A stretch of DNA of 19,247 bases. Origin: PVC group bacterium. GTDB taxonomy: Bacteria > Auribacterota > Erginobacteria > Erginobacterales > Erginobacteraceae. Where the stretch lies: contig JAZDIV010000038.1 in assembly GCA_043804695.1 (NCBI GenBank), forward strand, positions 1 to 19,247. The letters are read 5' to 3'. Below, piece by piece: positions 1 to 8,768 of this stretch. A model generated the notes under the pieces. It saw only the letters and a list, made by a program, of their open reading frames with translations. It did not search any database and was not told the DNA's origin. Every line of letters begins with the position of its first letter. Position 1 is the first letter of the stretch. Position numbers and translations under genes: made by a program.

Positions 1-1440
1 ATGAAAATCCGGGACCGCCTGGTGGAGACCGGACGGACGGTGGCCCGGGAAAACGGCGGCGAAAAACTGCTCGAGGGAATTTACGCCGAGGTGGGCGAGG
101 AATACCACGGGGTCTCGGGCGGTCATGTCTCCGAGGTCAGGTGCTATCTGACCGATCCCGATGTCCGGCCGATCGGGACCGCCGAGTTCACGCGCCTCTG
201 GCGGGAGACAACCGGCACGATGCCCGGCCTGCAGGCCCTGATCTTCGAGTCGGACCGCGGCGGCCCCGGCTCCGGGCGGTCGCTCACCATCGAGCTCTCT
301 CACAGTAACACCGGGATCCTCAACCGGGCCGGGGCGGAACTGGCGGCGATCCTGAATCACTTTCCGGTGGTCAGCGACATCGACGACGGGTTCGCGGACG
401 GGAAGGTCCAGCTGGACTTCTCCCTTTATCCCGCGGGACTGAACCTGGGACTGACCGCCGACGACGTGGCCGCCCAGGTCCGGGGAGCCTTCTTCGGGAC
501 CGAGGCCCTCCGCCAGCAGCGGGGGCGAAACGAGGTGAAGGTCATGGTCCGGCTCCCGGAAGACGAGCGGGCCTCCGAGTACGACCTGGACCAGCTCCTG
601 ATCCGGGCCCCGAATGGGGTCGAGATCCCCCTCTACGAGGTGGCGCGGGTCGACCGGGGCCGGGCCTATACCTCAATCGACCGCAAGAACGGGCGACGGA
701 CGATCACGGTCTCCGCCAACGTCAATCCTGCCGCCGAAGCGGAGCGGATCATGGGCGAGGCCACCCAGACCATCCTCCCCGGCCTGATGAGGAAGTACCC
801 GGGGCTCTCCTGGGGGTTCGCGGGGCGGCAGGCGGACTTCCGGGAGAGCACCGCTTCTTTGAAATGGGGGTTCCTGGTCGCCCTCCTCGTCATCTACGTC
901 ATGCTGGCCATCCCCTTCCGCAACTACACCCAGCCGTTGATCGTGATGACCGCGATCCCCTTCGGCGTTATCGGGGCCGTGATCGGGCATGTCATCATGG
1001 GGTACAACCTGAGCCTGATGAGCCTGATGGGGATTGTCGCCCTCTCCGGGGTGGTGATCAACGACGCCCTGGTCCTGATCGATTTCATCAACAGAGAGAG
1101 GGCCGCCGGCGTACCCGCGGCCGTGGCCATTCACGCCGCCGGGATCCGGCGTTTCCGCCCCATCATGCTCACCACCCTGACCACATTCGGAGGACTGGCC
1201 CCGATGATCTTCGAGACCTCCCGTCAAGCCCGGTTCATGATCCCGATGGCGATCTCTCTCGGCTACGGGATCCTCTTCTCCACCGCCATCACTCTGATCC
1301 TGGTTCCTTCCCTCTGCCTGATCCGGGAAGATATCGGGCACCTGTTATCACGTCTTTTTTCCCGTTTCCGCCGGGAAACACCGGCAGAGATGAACAGCAC
1401 GACCACCGTTTCTTCCGGAGGAGAGACGATCGATCACTGA
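1..1440 (+). CDS. AcrB/AcrD/AcrF-family RND efflux permease, C-terminal part (5'-truncated by window edge)
   Basis: Hydrophobic TM block with RND motifs (IVMTAIPFGVIGAVIGH, GIVALSGVVINDALVLIDF, RRFRPIMLTTLTT, PMAISLGYG); 479 aa is about half a full-length RND permease. Confidence 0.92.
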   Translation: MKIRDRLVETGRTVARENGGEKLLEGIYAEVGEEYHGVSGGHVSEVRCYLTDPDVRPIGTAEFTRLWRETTGTMPGLQALIFESDRGGPGSGRSLTIELSHSNTGILNRAGAELAAILNHFPVVSDIDDGFADGKVQLDFSLYPAGLNLGLTADDVAAQVRGAFFGTEALRQQRGRNEVKVMVRLPEDERASEYDLDQLLIRAPNGVEIPLYEVARVDRGRAYTSIDRKNGRRTITVSANVNPAAEAERIMGEATQTILPGLMRKYPGLSWGFAGRQADFRESTASLKWGFLVALLVIYVMLAIPFRNYTQPLIVMTAIPFGVIGAVIGHVIMGYNLSLMSLMGIVALSGVVINDALVLIDFINRERAAGVPAAVAIHAAGIRRFRPIMLTTLTTFGGLAPMIFETSRQARFMIPMAISLGYGILFSTAITLILVPSLCLIREDIGHLLSRLFSRFRRETPAEMNSTTTVSSGGETIDH

Positions 1441-1511
1441 AAGCCGGGGCGGGATCGGCCGGAGGCGATCTGTGTACAGGTTATCCTCCCTCGCTCTTTT
1501 CCGATCTGCAC

Positions 1512-1550
1512 AAAAAGAAAAAGGCCCGCCGGGTGTTTCCCGGCGGGCCT
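1512..1550 (-). terminator. Rho-independent terminator of the Fur-family gene
   Basis: Perfect 12-bp stem AGGCCCGCCGGG (1522-1533)/CCCGGCGGGCCT (1539-1550), 5-nt loop; A-tract 1512-1521 gives a U-tract on the minus strand, 20 nt after the stop. Confidence 0.88.
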
Positions 1551-1570
1551 GTGGGAAAAACCTTCCTTAT

Positions 1571-2032
1571 TTACTTAGCGGCCTGTTTACTGAGGCACTC
1601 ATTGCATATTCCCCTCAGCTCCAGATGGCGGCCGGCAATCTTTCCCCATATCTCAGCCTGCGGCGGGGGCGATATCGAGTCAACGGCGGGGCAGGGAAAA
1701 TCATCGACTTTCCTGCATACGGTACAGACCAGGTGATGATGCGGCTCACGGTTAGGATCGAAGCGACTGCGGTCGTCCAGTACTTCCACCTTCGCGACCA
1801 CCCCTATCCGCTCGAACATGTCAAGCGTGCGATAGACGGTATCCAGGGAGACCGTGGGAATCCGAGGACGGACCCGCTGGAACACATCTTCCGCCGAAGG
1901 GTGGTCTTTGGCGGCCATCAGCTCCCGGTAAATCTCCAGGCGCTGGTGGGTGAGTTTGAGCCCCTCTTTCCCGAACAGGTCCTGGACCGCCTTCGCGTCA
2001 CCAACATTCAACTTTTTCCTATCCGTCTTCAT
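1571..2032 (-). CDS. Fur-family transcriptional regulator (PerR-like)
   Basis: LTHQR, HPSAEDVF, SLDTVYRTL, RFDPNREPHHHLVCTVC and C-terminal CNEC motifs. Confidence 0.92.
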   Translation of the reverse strand: MKTDRKKLNVGDAKAVQDLFGKEGLKLTHQRLEIYRELMAAKDHPSAEDVFQRVRPRIPTVSLDTVYRTLDMFERIGVVAKVEVLDDRSRFDPNREPHHHLVCTVCRKVDDFPCPAVDSISPPPQAEIWGKIAGRHLELRGICNECLSKQAAK

Positions 2033-2045
2033 GGCTACTTCATCA

Positions 2046-2096
2046 TTGCGACTGATTCGTAAATAGGAACCTATACTATCTTTCTCTGTTTGTCAA
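2046..2096 (-). promoter_or_regulatory. sigma70-type promoter of the Fur-family gene plus candidate operator palindrome
   Basis: Minus strand TTGACA (2096-2091), 17 nt, TAGGTT (2073-2068); imperfect palindrome TTGCGA-CTGAT-TCGTAA at 2046-2062. Confidence 0.6.
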
Positions 2097-2125
2097 CCCC
2101 CTGCATCCATCCGGGGCTCGGGATA

Positions 2126-2920
2126 TCATCTGCCGGTGTGAGCGGCGCCGGGTCTCTCTACCGGATCCTTATCCTGTTCCTGTTTGACGACCTGCTTGTA
2201 TTCTTTCACCGCATCCTGATGCTCGGCGTCCCCCTGGATGCCCTTCCGGCGTTCATCGAGCTGCTCGAAGCTGGAGGACCGGCCATAAAGAAGAAGCACA
2301 TCGCCGGCGACAATCTTAGTGGACCGGGCGGGGGCGCCGATGTAGGTTCCATCGGAACGCGTGACCCCCAGGACCAGGATCCCCTCATCCTTTAAATTAA
2401 CTTCTTCGATCGTCTTATTTTCCAGCCAGTCATGGGGTTCTACCGCCAGTTCGACCACTTTGTATTCCCCGGCCACATGCAGGCAGCTGGAGTAATCTCG
2501 GACTTCCAGCTTGGTGAAACGCTTTAAAATCCGGCTGACCAGGTTCGAGAAGTGCCGGTCGATCCACCTGTTGGATGAGACAGCCCATATCGCCAGCACA
2601 CCCAGGACAAGAATCAGGATGTGCCAGTGGGAGATGATGTTGTCGTGGTACTTGAGCATCGTCAGGACAATCGTGGCGAATACAGTCGCTACCCCGGCAC
2701 CGCCCAGAAGCATCAGAAGGGAAATAATCTTGCGGCGAATAGGATGATTGACAACCTCTTCCGACTCTTTGGAAGTGAAACCGGTGCCGGTGAAGGCGGA
2801 GCGCGCCTGAAAACGCGCCCGGTCCCGGGGAAGCCCGGTATGCACCAGTATGATCGACATGGTCCTGGTGACCAGGAGCGAGAGTGCGATCATCAGGAGA
2901 AGAGAAATTATCGCTGTCAT
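2126..2920 (-). CDS. Membrane protein with C-terminal TrkA-C (RCK_C) domain
   Basis: N-terminal TM helices with ARFQARSAFTGTGFT..ESEEVVNHPIRR; C-terminal WLENKTIEEVNLKDEGILVLGVTR...IVAGDVLLLYG is RCK_C-like. Confidence 0.82.
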   Translation of the reverse strand: MTAIISLLLMIALSLLVTRTMSIILVHTGLPRDRARFQARSAFTGTGFTSKESEEVVNHPIRRKIISLLMLLGGAGVATVFATIVLTMLKYHDNIISHWHILILVLGVLAIWAVSSNRWIDRHFSNLVSRILKRFTKLEVRDYSSCLHVAGEYKVVELAVEPHDWLENKTIEEVNLKDEGILVLGVTRSDGTYIGAPARSTKIVAGDVLLLYGRSSSFEQLDERRKGIQGDAEHQDAVKEYKQVVKQEQDKDPVERPGAAHTGR

Positions 2921-3051
2921 GGCAGGCGGTCACCGGCCGGTGGGGCCGATCCGGAAAAGGGCGGCCCCCTTTCAGTTCCTGCTTCGGAATTTTCCCGACA
3001 TCCGTCCCGACCTCCGTCGGGATAACACTATTTTTAAATAAATAATTGAAT

Positions 3052-3071
3052 AAATGAATCGGGACAATAAT
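3052..3071. repeat. 20-bp dispersed exact repeat, copy 1 (AAATGAATCGGGACAATAAT)
   Basis: Identical to 16815-16834, same orientation. Confidence 0.85.
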
Positions 3072-3270
3072 CTTATTTCTTCTTCCCCGATTAATACTTC
3101 GAGGCGGGGCGAAAAAATAAGAACGGTATATCTGAATCATCCAACAATGAAAACCGTGGTTCAAGCTAATTATGCGGTTTGAAGCCGGGGAGAAACGATA
3201 CACCATTTATCCCTCTCTGATCGGGCGTTTTTTTGAGATGATTTTTTCATTAGATGTTCTCTGCCATTTT

Positions 3271-4983
3271 TTAGGATGATGGTTCTGGCCTGTCTTTTTT
3301 CCCTTTGCCGGCGGTCATCCTCTTCAGATTTCGCGCGGCTTTGGCGGACCCGGGAACGAGCTGGAACAGGAAAAAATTATGGGGGCCGACAGTGAAAAAA
3401 TAAGGGAGCTGCCCGATCGGCGGAAATTCGGTCCGCCCGAGAAGCTCCACCGGGGTAAATCCTTCATACTCTCCCAGCTCGAGTTCTACAGGCTGGGTAA
3501 ACCGCGAGAGATTGTTGACAACCAGGATGATCCGGTCCCGGTATCGCCGTACATAGGAAAGTGTTTTTATATTTTTTGAAGGGATGAATCGCAGATCGCC
3601 CCGGCCGAAAACGGCAGCATATTTTTTTCGAGTCCGGATCAGGCGCTTCATCCAGCTCAGCAGTGAGGTCGAGGTCCGGCTCTGAGCTTCGACGTTAATG
3701 CTCTGATGGCCGTAGACCGGATCCATATTGACCGGGCTGTAGAGCATCGCCGGTTCCGCCCGGGAAAAGCCTGCGTTCCGGTATCCGTTCCACTGCATTG
3801 GGGTGCGAACGCCCTTCCTGTCCCCCAGATAGATATTATCCCCCATCCCGATTTCATCTCCATAATAGATGACCGGACTTCCCGGGAGGGTGAAGAGAAG
3901 ATTGTTGAGCAATTCTATCTGCCTCCGGCCGTTATCCAGAAGCGGCGCCAGACGGCGGCGGATGCCGATGTTGCACCTCATCTTCGGCTCCTTGGCGTAT
4001 TCCCGGTACATGTAATCCCGCTCCTCGTCAGTCACCATTTCCAGGGTGAGTTCATCATGGTTGCGGAGAAAAAGACCCCATTGACAGGAAGCCGGGATAG
4101 CCGGTAACTCATTCATGATATTCTCTATCGGGGCGCAGTTCTCTTCCCTAATCGCCATAAAAATGCGTGGCATCAGAGGAAAGTTAAAGGCCATCTGGAA
4201 CTCGTCGCCGGCGCCGAAATAGGGGAGGACAGCGCTCGGCCACTGGTTTGCCTCCGCGATCAATATTTTGTTTCTGAATTCCGCGTCCATTTTGCTCCGC
4301 AATTCCTTGAAGAATTCGTGGGTCTCCGCCAGGTTTTCGCAATTTGTTCCCTCTCTCTCGAAAAGATAGGGCACCGCGTCGCACCGGAAACCGTCCAGCC
4401 CCGTTCTCAGCCAGTGATTGATAACCTTCTGCATGGCGGTCCTGACCCGGGGGTTGTCATAGTTCAGGTCGGGCTGGTGGCTGAAAAAACGGTGCCAGTA
4501 ATACTGTTCCGTATTTTTATCCCAGGCCCAGTTCGATTCCTCCGTATCGACAAAGATAACACGCGCGTCTTGGTATTTCTGGTCGGTGTCGCTCCAGACA
4601 TAATAATCCCGCTTGGGGGAACGGCGTGAACTTCTGGATTCAATGAACCAGGGATGCTGGTCCGAGGTATGGTTCATCACCAGGTCGGCCACGATCCTGA
4701 TGTCCCGCTTATGGGCCGCGCGAACCAGCGCTTTGAAATCCCTGAGCGTCCCGTATTCAGGCTGAATTTTGTAGAAGTCCTCGATATCGTACCCGTCGTC
4801 CTTCTGCGGGGAGAGATAGAACGGAAGCAGCCAGATGCAGTCGATACCCAAATCCTGCAGGTAATCCAGCTTTTCTTCGATCCCCCGGAAATCGCCGACT
4901 CCGTCGGCGTTGCTGTCATAGAATCCTTTTACATGCAGCTCGTAGAAGATCGCATCCTTGTACCATAAAGAATCTTTCTGCAT
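3271..4983 (-). CDS. treS: Trehalose synthase (maltose alpha-D-glucosyltransferase, GH13)
   Basis: WYKDAIFYE, DLVMNHTSDQHPWF, YYWHRFFSHQPDLN, GFRCDAVPYL, EANQW, FLRNHDELTLE, GIRRRLAPLL; no maltokinase fusion. Confidence 0.95.
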   Translation of the reverse strand: MQKDSLWYKDAIFYELHVKGFYDSNADGVGDFRGIEEKLDYLQDLGIDCIWLLPFYLSPQKDDGYDIEDFYKIQPEYGTLRDFKALVRAAHKRDIRIVADLVMNHTSDQHPWFIESRSSRRSPKRDYYVWSDTDQKYQDARVIFVDTEESNWAWDKNTEQYYWHRFFSHQPDLNYDNPRVRTAMQKVINHWLRTGLDGFRCDAVPYLFEREGTNCENLAETHEFFKELRSKMDAEFRNKILIAEANQWPSAVLPYFGAGDEFQMAFNFPLMPRIFMAIREENCAPIENIMNELPAIPASCQWGLFLRNHDELTLEMVTDEERDYMYREYAKEPKMRCNIGIRRRLAPLLDNGRRQIELLNNLLFTLPGSPVIYYGDEIGMGDNIYLGDRKGVRTPMQWNGYRNAGFSRAEPAMLYSPVNMDPVYGHQSINVEAQSRTSTSLLSWMKRLIRTRKKYAAVFGRGDLRFIPSKNIKTLSYVRRYRDRIILVVNNLSRFTQPVELELGEYEGFTPVELLGRTEFPPIGQLPYFFTVGPHNFFLFQLVPGSAKAARNLKRMTAGKGKKDRPEPSS

Positions 4984-5111
4984 TGCTTACCCCCGCCTCG
5001 AATAACTTATGGTAGTGCTTTCATCCCGACTTATCAGGGCATCCCGGTATATCGGCACCGCGTCAGAGTTGCCCGAAACTATATTGACCGCCGTTTCTTC
5101 GTTCACATCCA

Positions 5112-5909
5112 TCATGACAGCTCCAGCAGTCTGCTCATAAAAATTCTCACCCGGGAAACATCTTCAAGATAATAACGGGCCGCGGAGTGCCCGTCCGCTC
5201 CCCCGACCCGGATCGTGATCCCGGCATCCCCGATCGCCCGGAAGGCGTCTTCATCAGTGCGGTCGTCACCGGTATAAACCGTCAGGACCGCATCCTTAAC
5301 CTGTCCCCGGACGATCTCCCGAGCGAGCCAGTTCACGATCCCGCCCTTGTCCCAGTCGACCGGGGGTCGGATCTCGATAACTTTTTTGCCGCAAGAAACC
5401 TTTACCTCCCCCCTGCTGACCGGTCCGCGGGTAATGTCCATGATAATCCGTACAGTCCGGTCAAGCTCTCCCCGGGCCACCCTCCTGAAATGAACGCTCA
5501 GGGAAAGACCTTTGTCCTCCACCCTGGCGCCGGCGATTTCCGCCAGCTCCCGGCGAAGACACTCCGCTGCTTTTCCGATAACGGGGCGGGCGGCCCGGGC
5601 GCCCGGATGAACGAACTGGAGAGAATCCCCCTCCAGTTCCAGCCCATGGTTGCCCGCATAGATCAGTTTGTCCAGACCGACCAGGGACCTGACCTCCCGG
5701 AGAGAGCGGCCGCTGACGACAGCCGGACGGTAGCGCGGATGTCGGGAGAGGGACCGCAGGAGGTCCCTGGTCTCGTCCGGTAAGAGTGCCGCCTCCGGGC
5801 TCTCGACGATAGGCGTAAGGGTGCCGTCGTAATCGAAGCAGAGGAGAACAACCCTGCCCCGGGAAATCCGGTCGGACACCGCGCCCCAGTTCCTCAAGAG
5901 CGATCTCAA
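5112..5909 (-). CDS. otsB: Trehalose-6-phosphate phosphatase (HAD family)
   Basis: FDYDGTLTPI, VSGR, YAGNHGLE, IEIRP..WDKG, GDDRTDEDAF; TTG start overlaps otsA stop (TTGA). Confidence 0.93.
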   Translation of the reverse strand: MRSLLRNWGAVSDRISRGRVVLLCFDYDGTLTPIVESPEAALLPDETRDLLRSLSRHPRYRPAVVSGRSLREVRSLVGLDKLIYAGNHGLELEGDSLQFVHPGARAARPVIGKAAECLRRELAEIAGARVEDKGLSLSVHFRRVARGELDRTVRIIMDITRGPVSRGEVKVSCGKKVIEIRPPVDWDKGGIVNWLAREIVRGQVKDAVLTVYTGDDRTDEDAFRAIGDAGITIRVGGADGHSAARYYLEDVSRVRIFMSRLLELS

Positions 5910-7339
5910 ATCCCTCCGTCTCCCACCTGCTCCGCCGCTTTCAGAAACGTCCGAACCCAGTGGTGAACATCCATCTGCCTCACCTGGTAACGGAGCCTTT
6001 TCATCCGGGCCTCTCTCTCTTCGGCGGCCATTGTGTACGCACGCCGGATCGCGGCGGATGTCTGTTCGGTATCGTAGGGATTGACCAGGATGGCCCCTTT
6101 CTTGAGCTGAACGGCGGCACCCGCGAATTCGCTCAGGATCAGGATACCCTGGTTGTCGATGCAGGAGGCGCAGTATTCCTTGGCCACCAGGTTCATGCCG
6201 TCATTCAGAGGGGTGATCAGCGCGATCTCACAGGAACGGTAGTATGCCACCAGTTCCACCGGGGTCAGCTTACCGAAGACATAGTGAATGGGAATCCAGC
6301 CCAGGGTGGTGAAACGGCCGTTTATGCGCCCCACCAGCTCGTCGAGCTCCCTTTTCATGGCCTGGTACTCCGGCACCTCCTCCCGGCTGGGAACCACCAC
6401 CTGGAGAAGAGAAATTTTCTCACGCAGGTCCGGATAGTTCTCCAGGGCCAGTTCGAATGCTTCGAACCGGTTGGGAATCCCCTTGGTATAGTCAAGGCGG
6501 TCCACACCGATCAGGAGTTTATGTTCGGGGAATTTCTCATGGAGGAACCAGGCCGCCTGCTCCACCTCCCGGGTTTTCGCCAGGTTGTTATACCGGTTGA
6601 AGTCGATCCCGATCGGGAAGGCCCCCGCCAGGGCGACCCTGCCTTCCAGGCTGATAACGGAATACGGTGCTCGATAGCCCATCCGAGCGCCCGGGAGAAG
6701 GCTTTTCACGCACTGGATAAAGTTCCTCAGGTCCTTCCTGGTCTGAAATCCGATCAGGTCATAGGAAAGCATCGCCCGGATGATCGGCAGGCGCCAGGGC
6801 AAACGACGGAATATGTCCGGCGAGGGGAAAGGAATATGCAGAAAGAAGCCGGCCGGCATCCCCGGCCGGTGTTTTTTCAGGTACTCGCCGGCCAGTAAGA
6901 GCTGATAATCCTGGAACCAGATAAAATCACTCTCCTTCGCGGTTGCGGTGGCAAGAGCGGCGAATTTTTCATTGACCCGGCAATAGGCCTCCCAATGAAC
7001 CCGGTTGAAGACAGCCCGGCCCAGCATATTGTGAAAGAGGGGCCAGATGGTTTCGTTGGAAAAACCGTGGTAATAATCCTCCACTTCCCCGGAATCCAGG
7101 GAGACCGGGACAATGGCATAGCCGACATTTTCTCTGGCTTTTTTAAAGATTTCCCGGAAAGGAGCGTCTTCCGAAGTCCCCGGCCAGCCGATCCAGGTAC
7201 CCCCCCTTTCCTTGAGAACGGGTCCCAGGGCGGCGACCAGACCGCCGCTGCCGGGTTCCATTTTCCAGCCGCCGTTGTCCTTTTGCAGCACTACCGGCAG
7301 CCTGTTCGATACGATACATAATTTCCCCTTGATCTTGAT
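5906..7339 (-). CDS. otsA: Trehalose-6-phosphate synthase (GT20); start placed at non-canonical ATC 7339 (ORF track GTG at 7291)
   Basis: GGLVAAL, WIGWPG, YYHGFSNETIWPLFH, GFFLHIPFP, GVDRLDYTKGI, DGMNLVAKEY, LSEFAGAA; conserved LCIVSNRLP lies in frame upstream of the GTG; GGAGG at 7350-7346. Confidence 0.93.
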   Translation of the reverse strand: MKIKGKLCIVSNRLPVVLQKDNGGWKMEPGSGGLVAALGPVLKERGGTWIGWPGTSEDAPFREIFKKARENVGYAIVPVSLDSGEVEDYYHGFSNETIWPLFHNMLGRAVFNRVHWEAYCRVNEKFAALATATAKESDFIWFQDYQLLLAGEYLKKHRPGMPAGFFLHIPFPSPDIFRRLPWRLPIIRAMLSYDLIGFQTRKDLRNFIQCVKSLLPGARMGYRAPYSVISLEGRVALAGAFPIGIDFNRYNNLAKTREVEQAAWFLHEKFPEHKLLIGVDRLDYTKGIPNRFEAFELALENYPDLREKISLLQVVVPSREEVPEYQAMKRELDELVGRINGRFTTLGWIPIHYVFGKLTPVELVAYYRSCEIALITPLNDGMNLVAKEYCASCIDNQGILILSEFAGAAVQLKKGAILVNPYDTEQTSAAIRRAYTMAAEEREARMKRLRYQVRQMDVHHWVRTFLKAAEQVGDGGI

Positions 7340-7454
7340 ACTGCGCCTCCACTGTTCAATGTTATTTGTTGTATGCCCGATCCTATCACCGGTCCTGCGT
7401 GCATTTCCAGGAAAAAGACTCGTGACAATCCGGACGGTGAGACCGGGAGCCCGA

Positions 7455-8621
7455 TCAATCCTGTTTCAGGGACTTCCGGAAGCCGAGGGGGGTAGGGTAG
7501 AAGAAAACCACCCGGTAACAGGAGAGGATCATCGTGATAATCGACGTCACCTGGATGAACTGCGAACTCATCATCCCGATCGTACCGGTCTCCAGGGCGA
7601 GCACGGCGATGATCAGCGAGAACTCGCTCGCCTGTCCCAGCCGTACGGAAGCCTCCCGGGAAAATTTCCGCTTTTCCCCGACCAGCCGGAAGACAAGGTT
7701 AAAGATCGGGGGTTTGATGATGACCAGGACAATCCCCAGGATAACAGCGGGAAGGAGGACTTCTTTCGCGACCAGAAGATCCAGTTTTGCTCCCAGCACG
7801 AAGAAAAAGAGCACCAGAAAAAAATCCCGGAAGTTTTTCAGGCCTTCCGAGAGAAAAAGCGCGAGAGGGCTCCGGGCCAGAGCGACGCCGGCGATAAACG
7901 CCCCCACCTCGTGGGAAAATCCCAGGAATTTCGAGAGGAGGGCTGCCCCGAGACACCAGCCCAGACAGAGCAGGAAGAGCGTCTCATGGAACCTTTCACT
8001 GGATATCATAAGCCCGCGGAGTACATAGCGCTCAAAAATCAACGCGAACGCGATCAGGAAAAAGCCCTTGAGAGGCAGGAGCGCGATCCCGGGCAGCGTC
8101 TGGAATTCCGCCGCCCGCAGGTACCAGAGGACACCGACCGCGATCAAGTCCTGGAGGATGAGAACGGATATGCAGAAAGCGCCCATGTGTTTTTGATGCA
8201 GGGCCGTTGTCGGCAGCAGCTTGACCACCAGGATTGTGCTGGAGAACATCAGGGCCAGGCCGATGTAAAGACTGTCCCGGGAAGAGAATCCCCAGAGAAA
8301 CGCGAAGACGGAGCCGAGAAGACAGAATGCGGCGCAGGTGCAGAGCGTAACAACCGCGGTCCGGCGAAAGAGCTCTATCAGGAGTTTCGGGCGAAGTTCG
8401 ATCCCCGCCAGGAAAAGAAGGAGGGTGACGCCGATCCGGGAGAGCGAATCGACAAAGTGAACATCCTGAACCAGGCCGAGCCCCCATGGCCCGGCGATCA
8501 CCCCGCAGAGCAGGTAGGCGATTATGATCGGCTGGCGGGTAAGCAGAGCCAGCCAGGAGAGACCCGCCGCGCAGACAACGACAACACTGATGTCACGGAT
8601 AAAGCTTTCCATCGGGGTCAT
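7455..8621 (-). CDS. CPA2-family cation:proton antiporter (Kef-like membrane domain, no RCK/KTN domain)
   Basis: RQPIIIAYLLCGVIAGP, LLLFLAGIEL, FSSTILVVKLL, LILQDL, GAFIAGVALA, FRDFFLVLFF, LGQASEFSLII. Confidence 0.9.
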   Translation of the reverse strand: MTPMESFIRDISVVVVCAAGLSWLALLTRQPIIIAYLLCGVIAGPWGLGLVQDVHFVDSLSRIGVTLLLFLAGIELRPKLLIELFRRTAVVTLCTCAAFCLLGSVFAFLWGFSSRDSLYIGLALMFSSTILVVKLLPTTALHQKHMGAFCISVLILQDLIAVGVLWYLRAAEFQTLPGIALLPLKGFFLIAFALIFERYVLRGLMISSERFHETLFLLCLGWCLGAALLSKFLGFSHEVGAFIAGVALARSPLALFLSEGLKNFRDFFLVLFFFVLGAKLDLLVAKEVLLPAVILGIVLVIIKPPIFNLVFRLVGEKRKFSREASVRLGQASEFSLIIAVLALETGTIGMMSSQFIQVTSIITMILSCYRVVFFYPTPLGFRKSLKQD

Positions 8622-8768
8622 CCATGCAGATACTGTACCACTCGGAACTCCAGTAAAAGCCCCGGCATCCCTCCCTCAGCATAACACATTCCGACAAAAT
8701 CATCCGCACAACCCACCTGACCGGAGGGTCCAGTATATATCCCCGGGGCTGTAGTTTGACAGCCTCTT

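Noticed and set aside
2921..3270. Possible c-di-AMP (ydaO) riboswitch upstream of the RCK_C gene
   Set aside because: No GCUGAAU or GUCAGCUAAC-like consensus on the minus strand
3098..5002. 12-bp inverted repeat TTCGAGGCGGGG / CCCCGCCTCGAA flanking treS
   Set aside because: 12-mer matches are expected by chance in 19 kb; the match does not extend and no target duplication was seen
8746..8766. Hairpin GGGCTGTAGTTTGACAGCCT after the ArsB/NhaD gene as a terminator
   Set aside because: Short stem with no U-tract on the coding (minus) strand
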